64,000 bases of DNA from an uncultured Candidatus Saccharibacteria bacterium (lineage in GTDB: Bacteria; Patescibacteriota; Minisyncoccia; Minisyncoccales; Staskawiczbacteraceae): assembly GCA_964427585.1 (NCBI GenBank), contig CAYRVC010000002.1, forward strand, positions 41,513 to 105,512, read 5' to 3'. A program made the translations under genes and the position numbers. This document shows positions 56,957 through 64,000 of the stretch, piece by piece. The notes beneath the pieces are model-generated. The model did not search any database, was not told the DNA's origin, and worked only from the letters and a program-made list of their open reading frames with translations. The first letter of the stretch is position 1. Every line of letters starts with the position of its first letter.

Positions 56957-57544
56957 TTAAATATTATTGGGATCTTCTTTTCTGCTCTTATCTATGCCTA
57001 AGTCTTCTTTTAATTTGCTAATTTCCGCCTTAAGGGCGATTGCTTCTTTCTCTTTGTTGCGGGACCCTTCTTTAAGATTTTCCGATTCCTCTAACAGCCT
57101 TTCAAGCTCTATGGTCCTGTTCCTTACTTTCTGCTCCAAAGCGCCAATTGTCTCTTCCAGGTTTTGCGTTTTGGCCCTTACTTTTATGTCCACTGATTTT
57201 TCGGTTTTTTCAGATTCTGAACGGCTTTTTTCCAGGTCTTCGGCTATTCTGTTAAAAATTTTAGCCAGCTCTCCGAATTCGTCCTTTGTTTCAAGATAAA
57301 CCCTGGTTGTCAGGTCTCCCTGGCTTAATTCCGTGGCTCTTTTTAATATTTTTCTTATGGGCATGGCAAAATTCTGGCCGGTGGCAAAGCCGAATAAAAA
57401 AATAAAAACGGAAAGCAAAAAGACCACGATATAAAAACCGGTGTTCGTTTTGCTTGACTCTAAGGCTATAAAAACAACGATGGTAAAAATGCCTATGATG
57501 ATTATGGGCAGGGCTATTTTGACTGTAATAGCGGATATGTTCAT
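56957..57544 (-). CDS. Two-TM HAMP-domain protein with coiled-coil tail
   Basis: PI........GDL..R.....DEFGELA..FN. Confidence 0.8.
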   Translation of the reverse strand: MNISAITVKIALPIIIIGIFTIVVFIALESSKTNTGFYIVVFLLSVFIFLFGFATGQNFAMPIRKILKRATELSQGDLTTRVYLETKDEFGELAKIFNRIAEDLEKSRSESEKTEKSVDIKVRAKTQNLEETIGALEQKVRNRTIELERLLEESENLKEGSRNKEKEAIALKAEISKLKEDLGIDKSRKEDPNNI

Positions 57545-57551
57545 GTTTTTA

Positions 57552-58442
57552 TCACTTGTTTAATGAAGATAAACGGTTTAAAAGGGTATTAAATTCCAAT
57601 TCTTTAAAAATATTTTCAACTTCTTTTTGGTCAAAACTCCCGAACTTGCAGGAGTCTGGCAAAAAATCAACATCAACATCTTTTTTCGTTTCTACCAACT
57701 TTTTTGACAAATAGGCTTTTTCTTTATTTTCTAAAAGAATATCTTTCAGCCGCGTTTTGATATTTGCCATACCCTCTCCGATTTCCTTATACAAATTTTC
57801 TATGTTTCCAAACTGGGCTATCAGAGTTGCCGCTGTTTTATTGCCGATCCCCTGCACTCCCGGGATATTGTCCGAATGGTCTCCGGCAAGGGCTTTAAAA
57901 TCGTTCATCTGTTCGGGGCTCACTCCAAAGCGGGCCAATGTTTTGTTTTCATCATATATGACGGATTCTTTTATCCCCTTTCCTAAAGTATAAACCTTTA
58001 TTTTGTCGTTGACCAGCTGGAGGTTATCAAGATCCCCGCTTAAAATATAGATTTCCGGAAAGCCGGCTTTTTTTGCTTTTTCTGAAAGAGTGGCGATCAG
58101 GTCGTCCGCCTCAAAGCCTTCTTTTTCAAAAATTTGTATTTTAATCGCTTTCAAAACTTCTTTTATTTTCGGAATCTGGCTTGATATCCCATCGGGAGTT
58201 TTCGGCCTTTGTATTTTATAATCTGAAAACATTTTATGGCGGAAGGTGGGGGACTTTACGTCAAAACAGGCGGCGACATAATTTGCTTTTAAATCTTTTA
58301 TGGCTTTGAATAAAATGAGCAAAAAACCATAAACCGCCCCGGTGGGCTCCCCTTTTTTGGTTGCCAAAGGAGGAAGGGCGTGGAAAGCCCTATGCAGAAG
58401 CGAGTTTGAATCAATTATTATTAATCGTTTTTGATCTTCCAT
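57552..58442 (-). CDS. Stand-alone 5'-3' exonuclease (PolA N-terminal domain)
   Basis: IDSNSLLHRAFHA, GFEADD.I, SGD.D..QL, GD.SDNIPGV.GIG.KTA. Confidence 0.92.
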   Translation of the reverse strand: MEDQKRLIIIDSNSLLHRAFHALPPLATKKGEPTGAVYGFLLILFKAIKDLKANYVAACFDVKSPTFRHKMFSDYKIQRPKTPDGISSQIPKIKEVLKAIKIQIFEKEGFEADDLIATLSEKAKKAGFPEIYILSGDLDNLQLVNDKIKVYTLGKGIKESVIYDENKTLARFGVSPEQMNDFKALAGDHSDNIPGVQGIGNKTAATLIAQFGNIENLYKEIGEGMANIKTRLKDILLENKEKAYLSKKLVETKKDVDVDFLPDSCKFGSFDQKEVENIFKELEFNTLLNRLSSLNK

Positions 58443-58534
58443 TGTTACCTTGAATTATTAATATTATACTATTTTTGAAAAATAAAAACAAAAAGCCCCC
58501 ACATGGGGCTTTTGTTCTTTTTTAAAATTGATTT

Positions 58535-58693
58535 TTATTCCTGTTCTTCTTCCAATTCTTCATCGTCCTCCTCTTCTTCATCCGCTTCTTCGTCTCCATC
58601 CAATTCTTCCTCTTCCTCTTCCTCGTTGTCAAGATCAACCTCTTCGTCCAGGTCGTCTTGATTTATTAATCTGGTTAAAAATTCCTCTTCCAT
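58535..58693 (-). CDS. Small hyper-acidic protein (52 aa, not in the ORF track)
   Basis: MEEEFLTRLINQDDLDEEVDLDNEEEEEEELDGDEEADEEEEDDEELEEEQE; terminator hairpin at about 58491-58513. Confidence 0.7.
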   Translation of the reverse strand: MEEEFLTRLINQDDLDEEVDLDNEEEEEEELDGDEEADEEEEDDEELEEEQE

Positions 58694-58899
58694 TGTTTTG
58701 TTTTTAATAATATTTTCCTTTACTCGGCCCTGGATTATTTAAACAGTTAAAAAAATTTTAAACAATAATTATTAAAATAAAATTAAAATCCATGGCTTGA
58801 GTCGACCTTATTTTTTCAAAATTTAACTCTGCATATCTTTATGTCCTTTGCCCATATTATATTTTTTCATAAATTATTGTCAATCCTTTTTTTCCACAG

Positions 58900-59412
58900 T
58901 TACTTTAAATCCAGCAATCTGTTATTAAAAAAAACGCAAAGGGCAATGCCCAAAGCGTCCGCCGCATCGTCTTTTTCCCTGTCTTTTTCTTTTTTGTTGA
59001 AATTTTTCAGATTCAGGCATTTTTTGACCATTTCCTGCACCTGTTTTTTTTCCGCCCTTCCATACCCCACAACGGTCATTTTTACCTGAAGAGGAGTAAA
59101 CTCCTGAACTGGAATTTTATGACTGGCCGCGGCTAGCAAAATAACCCCCTTTGCTTCGCTGACGGAAATGGCGGTTTTTAAGTTTTTGAAAAAAAATAGG
59201 CTTTCCACAGCCATTATTCCAGGCTTATATTTTTTTAAAAGCCTTGTGATGTCCAAACTTATCTTTTTCAGCCGCTCTTCTTTTTTTAAAAAACGGCTTG
59301 TCGTTATGCACCCATAATCTAAAACTTCGGGGTCTTCCTTTTTTAAGTTATGCTTTTCAATTATTCCGTATCCTATTTTTTCAATCCCCGGGTCAATGCC
59401 TATTATGATCAT
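58900..59412 (-). CDS. ruvC: Holliday junction resolvase
   Basis: IGIDPG, AVE..FF.KN, P.QVK....GYG.A.K.QV, DDAADAL. Confidence 0.95.
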   Translation of the reverse strand: MIIIGIDPGIEKIGYGIIEKHNLKKEDPEVLDYGCITTSRFLKKEERLKKISLDITRLLKKYKPGIMAVESLFFFKNLKTAISVSEAKGVILLAAASHKIPVQEFTPLQVKMTVVGYGRAEKKQVQEMVKKCLNLKNFNKKEKDREKDDAADALGIALCVFFNNRLLDLK

Positions 59413-60137
59413 GCCTTTAGGTTTGAATATATGTCATTTATGGCGTCATTTTCGTCTAACGCCAGAAACAGTTTTTCTGCCTGTTCCTTTTCTTTCTGCC
59501 CAATATCCACTTCCTCTTTGGCAACCCATTCCAAAGAAGCAGAGTCTATCTTTATCTGCTTTTCTTCCAGGTTTTTTTTAATCGCTTCAAGGTTTTCAAG
59601 TTTTGTGTAAATATCAAGAACGTCTCCCCTCCGGGAAATATCTTCAGCCCCCGACTCGATGGCTATTAATTCCAAATCTTCGTTTTTCAGACCCGGTTGC
59701 TGGTCTTTAATATTTATCGCGATTACACCCTTCCTGTCAAACATCCACCTTACAGCCCCTTCCCCGGCCAGTTTGCCGCCGTTTTGGTTTAAAATAACCT
59801 TTATATCGCTAATACTCCTATTTTTATTGTCGGTGATGCCTTCGATGATAAGGGCTATTCCTCCTGGCCCGAATCCTTCAAAAGAAACCTCCTCCAGCTT
59901 TTCGCCCGCCAGTTCGCCCGTGCCTTTTTTTATGGCCCTTTCAATATTCTCTTTGGGCATATTAAAAGACTTGGCTTGGTCTATAACAATCCTTAATTTG
60001 TAATTTATCGAAGGATCTCCGCCTTCTTTGGCGGCAATAGTTATGAGCCTGCCGAATTTGGAAAATATCGCCCCCCTTTTGGCATCTGCAATGCCCTTTG
60101 CGTGCGCTATGGTTTTTGCATGACTGTGTCCTGACAT
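59409..60137 (-). CDS. yebC: YebC/PmpR family protein
   Basis: MSGHS, N..LR, MPKENIERAI, EGFGPGG, TDNKNR. Confidence 0.95.
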   Translation of the reverse strand: MSGHSHAKTIAHAKGIADAKRGAIFSKFGRLITIAAKEGGDPSINYKLRIVIDQAKSFNMPKENIERAIKKGTGELAGEKLEEVSFEGFGPGGIALIIEGITDNKNRSISDIKVILNQNGGKLAGEGAVRWMFDRKGVIAINIKDQQPGLKNEDLELIAIESGAEDISRRGDVLDIYTKLENLEAIKKNLEEKQIKIDSASLEWVAKEEVDIGQKEKEQAEKLFLALDENDAINDIYSNLKA

Positions 60138-61096
60138 GGTTTTAATTTATCTTTTTTAAAAATTTTAACTTTATAAATAAAACTATTGCAAAAGAAATCG
60201 CGGTAATAAATAAAGATATAAAAAAACAAAAACCAAGGGTTTGACCGTTCTGTGTCTTCTTGATTTAAGCCGGCCGTTAAGTCTTTCAGATATACATTAC
60301 CATTATCAGATTTTTTTATTTCTGACAAGGGTTTTGAGGCGGCATTATTTTTAAAAGCCGCAACGTTTATTATGTTTTTTGCGCCCGGAGTCAATGCTTG
60401 GCTCCATTTCCAACTGCCGGATATTTTATTGTAAGATTGGTTTAAGGGAGGTTTTTCAAATTCCGCGGAATCAACACTTTTATTGTCCGGCGTTAAAAGC
60501 TTTAAGCCGTCTTTGTCGTTGTTCAGCATTATTTTTGTGTCCGGCCTTTTAAAAACTAAAAAACCATCTGCTGAAATTTTTGTGCCTTTTATAATCGTAT
60601 AAGTTGCAATCTTTCCGACAGTATCCTGAATTTTCCAGCCAGACAAATCTGCTTCAAAATTATTTGAATTGTAAACCTCTATCCATTCTTCTGTTTCGTC
60701 CGGTCCTTTCGGGTTTGGCAAAATTTCGTTTATAAAAACTCCTGAAGGATAACTTTTAAGAGTTTGCGGAGAACGGGTCTCCGCTTGCTCAACCTCCGTT
60801 TGCTCTACCTTCCCTTGCTCTACCTTCGCTTGCTCAATCTCCACCTGTCCAGCATAAGCTGACCCTTGGTCTTTTATTTTCTGCAAAGTTTTTTCCCCTA
60901 TTCCTTTCACTCTTAACAGGTCGTCAACCGAAGAAAAAGGCCTTGCGTCAATTATTCTCTGCCCTATCACCGGACCGACGCCAGCCAACTCTTCAAGTTG
61001 GCTTTGGGGGGCGGCATTAATGTCTATCTTATTTTCCGCATAAACAAAAACCGGAATAAACAAAAAGCTAAAAAATAAAAATAGAACTTTCTTCAT
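60107..61096 (-). CDS. ComEA-like HhH plus lamin-tail-domain secreted protein (probable frameshift near the C-terminus)
   Basis: Signal peptide; IDIN.A....L..L.GVG....QRII; VKGIG.KT; INEILPNP.G.D...EWIE.YN. Confidence 0.85.
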   Translation of the reverse strand: MKKVLFLFFSFLFIPVFVYAENKIDINAAPQSQLEELAGVGPVIGQRIIDARPFSSVDDLLRVKGIGEKTLQKIKDQGSAYAGQVEIEQAKVEQGKVEQTEVEQAETRSPQTLKSYPSGVFINEILPNPKGPDETEEWIEVYNSNNFEADLSGWKIQDTVGKIATYTIIKGTKISADGFLVFKRPDTKIMLNNDKDGLKLLTPDNKSVDSAEFEKPPLNQSYNKISGSWKWSQALTPGAKNIINVAAFKNNAASKPLSEIKKSDNGNVYLKDLTAGLNQEDTERSNPWFLFFYIFIYYRDFFCNSFIYKVKIFKKDKLKPCQDTVMQKP

Positions 61097-61193
61097 TATT
61101 TATTTTATTATATCTATTTATAACAAAATACAAAAGACGCCACATAGCGGCGAACTCATAAAAATTTACAAGATAAAATCCCTTGTTTTAAAT

Positions 61194-62207
61194 TTAGATA
61201 AACGAACTTTGGCTTCCTTTTTGTTTTATGCCAAGGTGTTCATAGGCTAAGCTGGTGGCTATCCTGCCCTTGGGGGTGCGCTCCAAAAATCCGGTTTGCA
61301 TCAAATACGGCTCATAAATATCCAGTATTGTGTTTTCTTCTTCCATGGCGGCCGCTGACAAAGTTTGCAATCCGACAGGCCCCCCGTTAAACTTGTTTAT
61401 CAAGGCCAAAAGCAGATTTCTGTCGCCTGGTTCCAACCCCATCTTGTCAATTTCCAAAAAATCCAAAGCGCGCTCCGCAATTTCTCTTGTAGCAACGCCG
61501 CTGCCATGCACTTGGGCAAAATCCCTTGCTCTTCTTAAAAGCCTGTTGGCAACCCTTGGGGTAAACCTTGAACGCAAGGCAATGACCTTTAGCGCATCAG
61601 GGTCGACTTTAATCCCCAAAATATCAGCCGATCTTGCCAATATTTTTTCAATATCCTGGTTTGTATAAAAATTTAACTGAAAAGTGGCTCCAAAGCGGTT
61701 TCTTAGCGGGCTAGACAGCGCCCCCGGCCTTGTGGTGGCTCCTATCAAGGTAAATTTAGGAAGCTTTAATTCCATTGTCCTTGCCATGGGGCCTTTGCCT
61801 AAAATCAGATTTAACTTATACTCTTCCATGGCAGGATATATATATTCTTCCACTGTTTTGCTCAGGCGGTGTATTTCGTCAATAAATAAAACGTCTCCTT
61901 TTGAAAGGTTTGTCAAAACAGCGGCCAGGTCTCCGGCCCTCTCAATGGCCGGCCCGGAAGTTATGCGGATTCGGCCATTTATCTCCTGAGCCACCAGGCA
62001 GGCTAAAGTGGTTTTCCCCAATCCGGAATTTCCGTAAAACAGCAAGTGGTCGGGCGACTGGCCCCTTTGTTTTGCCGCTGTTATAATTATTCTTATATTC
62101 TCTTTTATTTTATCCTGGCCGATGTAATCTGACCAAAATTTAGGCCTAAGGGCCGAATCTAAAATCTCGTCTGCTTCCTCCGTTTTTTTGGCTAAAGGGC
62201 TTGACAT
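61194..62207 (-). CDS. ruvB: Holliday junction helicase RuvB
   Basis: LRP, GLGKTTLA, FIDEIHRL, GATTR, TPRVANRLL, EPYL. Confidence 0.97.
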   Translation of the reverse strand: MSSPLAKKTEEADEILDSALRPKFWSDYIGQDKIKENIRIIITAAKQRGQSPDHLLFYGNSGLGKTTLACLVAQEINGRIRITSGPAIERAGDLAAVLTNLSKGDVLFIDEIHRLSKTVEEYIYPAMEEYKLNLILGKGPMARTMELKLPKFTLIGATTRPGALSSPLRNRFGATFQLNFYTNQDIEKILARSADILGIKVDPDALKVIALRSRFTPRVANRLLRRARDFAQVHGSGVATREIAERALDFLEIDKMGLEPGDRNLLLALINKFNGGPVGLQTLSAAAMEEENTILDIYEPYLMQTGFLERTPKGRIATSLAYEHLGIKQKGSQSSFI

Positions 62208-62229
62208 AAATATTGCAAGGTGATATAAT
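62201..62229 (+). promoter_or_regulatory. Consensus sigma70 promoter
   Basis: TTGACA-17-TATAAT with no downstream ORF. Confidence 0.75.
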
Positions 62230-62235
62230 GAAACT

Positions 62236-62392
62236 TATTAAAATTAACATCTGAAAGCGGCCCTGGAGTTGGAGGTTTATATTGGATTTGTCTCAGTTTC
62301 CGGGTAGCCTTGAGTCATCTCGGCTATTCCTCGGACAAATCTTTGTTATGTCTCAGACATAAAAACGCCTCCAACTCCAGGGCCGCCTTTTA
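62236..62392 (+). ncRNA. Candidate 6S RNA
   Basis: 19-bp closing stem 62257-62275/62368-62386, central bubble, inner stem GATTTGTC/GACAAATC, apical stem. Confidence 0.6.
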
Positions 62393-63766
62393 ATTTTCGG
62401 AAAATAATTCTTTCTTTTCCGTCTGGTCAGCCTTCTCGTCTTTTTCTAGTCTTGCATCCGCTTCCACGATTCTTTTGACCTCTTCAAATGTGGTGTTTCC
62501 TAAAACAATATCAATTATGCCCGATTGATATATTGTGACCATTCCCTTTTTCATCGCAAGTTCTTTTATTGAAGAAACCGGCGGATTTTCCAGAATAAAC
62601 CTTTCCATTTCAAAATCCACCAGAAATGCCTCAAACACTCCTTTTCTGCCCCTGTATCCTGTAAAATTGCAGAATTCGCAACCTTTTTCATTTGCCCTGG
62701 GGACTTTTATTTTTTCGAGATCTGGCAACTTTACGGAGCGGGAAATATTCTTTAATGCCTTTTTAATTTCTGAAAATTCTTCTAAAGTGGGCTTTTTAAA
62801 GGCAGAACAATTTTTGCATACTTTTCTTACCAACCGCTGAGCCACCACCATTTTCAATGCCGGGGCAATTGAAGACGAGTCTGCCCCTAAATCAACCAGC
62901 CTTGGTATCGATCCTGGAGCGTCATTGGTATGGAGGGTTGACAACACCAAGTGTCCGGTCAAAGCCGCTTGCAGGGAAATCCTGGCTGTTTCCAAGTCCC
63001 TGATTTCACCGACCAGTATTACGTCCGGGTCCTGCCTTACGATAGATCTTAGGCCGTCTGAAAAGTCATATCCTTTTTCCGGAGCCACCTGGGTTTGCGA
63101 AATCCCTTTCAAGTGATATTCGATAGGATCTTCAATTGTAATGATTTTAATTTCCGGGTTCTGGATTTTTTTTAAAAAAGCGTAAAGAGTGGTTGTTTTT
63201 CCAGATCCCGTGGGGCCCGTCACGATTATCATTCCGTTGGGCTTTAATATTTCTTTTTCAAAAATTTTGTACAAATCATCCCTTAAGCCCAGCTCCCCTA
63301 TGCCTATCAGGCTTTTGGGGTTTAAAATCCTCATTACTATCGATTCGCCGTATTCTGCGGGCAAACAGGAGCTTCTTATTTCAATCAAGGCTTCTGGCAT
63401 TTCAATTGTGAATCTGCCGTCCTGGGGCCTGTCTGTGATGTTGAGCTTTATCCTTGAAAGGAGTTTTAACCTGGAAACAAGGCTGTGGTATGTTTTGTGG
63501 TCAAAAAAAATGACATCCTGTAAAATTCCGTCCAACCTTATTCTTAGCCTGACATCCTTTTCCTGGGGCTCTAAATGGATGTCGGAGGCATTGAGGGTAA
63601 TAGCCCCGAATAAAGCAACATCCAAAAGCTCTGAAACGCTCTGGCCCATATACTCTTCTATTTTTTTCTTGTAGGAGGGCACGCTGTTTACGGATTTTCC
63701 GACCTCTCCGATAATTTCCTCTGAAATAGTGACAGAGCCCAACAATTTTTTTGTTGTTGTTTCCAT
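62390..63766 (-). CDS. Type IV pilus/T2SS assembly ATPase (PilB/GspE)
   Basis: ASDIHLEP, PQDGRF, GPTGSGKTTTLY, EDPIEY, RQDPD, TGHLVLSTLHTN. Confidence 0.93.
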   Translation of the reverse strand: METTTKKLLGSVTISEEIIGEVGKSVNSVPSYKKKIEEYMGQSVSELLDVALFGAITLNASDIHLEPQEKDVRLRIRLDGILQDVIFFDHKTYHSLVSRLKLLSRIKLNITDRPQDGRFTIEMPEALIEIRSSCLPAEYGESIVMRILNPKSLIGIGELGLRDDLYKIFEKEILKPNGMIIVTGPTGSGKTTTLYAFLKKIQNPEIKIITIEDPIEYHLKGISQTQVAPEKGYDFSDGLRSIVRQDPDVILVGEIRDLETARISLQAALTGHLVLSTLHTNDAPGSIPRLVDLGADSSSIAPALKMVVAQRLVRKVCKNCSAFKKPTLEEFSEIKKALKNISRSVKLPDLEKIKVPRANEKGCEFCNFTGYRGRKGVFEAFLVDFEMERFILENPPVSSIKELAMKKGMVTIYQSGIIDIVLGNTTFEEVKRIVEADARLEKDEKADQTEKKELFSEN

Positions 63767-63783
63767 ATAATAAATACTTCAGA

Positions 63784-64000
63784 TTATAAAATGCCTATTG
63801 AATCCAATATTTGATTTTTGACCTGTTTGATATCCTGGCTTTCAATGGAAAAGAAAAGCCAATTATTTTTAAGGTCGGCCTGGCAGTTTTTTAAAACATC
63901 TTTCAAAAGGCCGTTGTTTTCAGAATAAAAAAATCCGTTGATCCTTTGGCCCGAACCATGGCTTTTCCATAAAACCAGCATATTGGAGGGATTTAAAAAA
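63784..64000 (-). CDS. C-terminal part of a hypothetical protein (runs off the window edge)
   Basis: Frame open to the window end, stop just upstream of the ATPase. Confidence 0.5.
   Translation of the reverse strand, partial: FLNPSNMLVLWKSHGSGQRINGFFYSENNGLLKDVLKNCQADLKNNWLFFSIESQDIKQVKNQILDSIGIL

Noticed and set aside
60781-60850. 15-bp degenerate tandem repeat in the comEA-like gene
   Set aside because: In-frame QxxVE linker repeat; ordinary low-complexity spacer.
1-64000. Alternative genetic code or prophage
   Set aside because: Core genes are intact in code 11 with TGA used as stop; no phage structural or integrase genes.

Overview
AT-rich bacterial chromosomal segment using the standard genetic code. 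Gene content and compactness suggest Patescibacteria/CPR (Parcubacteria-like); this is an inference. Most of the window is housekeeping: five aminoacyl-tRNA synthetases, smpB-tmRNA-infC-rpmI-rplT, nrdAB, murE, and many DNA repair genes (recO, ogt-like, polX, endoQ-like, uvrB, ruvABC, mutM). It also holds tRNA-Leu(CAA) and tRNA-Arg(CCG). The main accessory element is a complete diversity-generating retroelement (DGR, about 52.6-55.2 kb) with an unusual layout. RT and avd are on opposite strands with overlapping 5' ends that share one C11/G11 tract, and adding one base puts both genes in frame with their ATGs (possible shared phase-variation switch). The template repeat appears to be its own transcription unit, and the RT reads without a stop into holA. 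Other signals: a candidate Ile-sensing leader-peptide attenuator in front of a stand-alone LeuA/CimA regulatory domain, a MITE-like palindromic element, a RAYT transposase with REP-like hairpins inside core genes, a 6S-like RNA, a second unassigned structured RNA, a class Ic (Tyr-less) NrdB, a GVHH-type IleRS2, and an inverted, internally deleted duplicate of a two-gene module. One apparent homopolymer frameshift (comEA) warns that homopolymer-dependent claims need read-level checking. All calls were made by eye, with no database searches.
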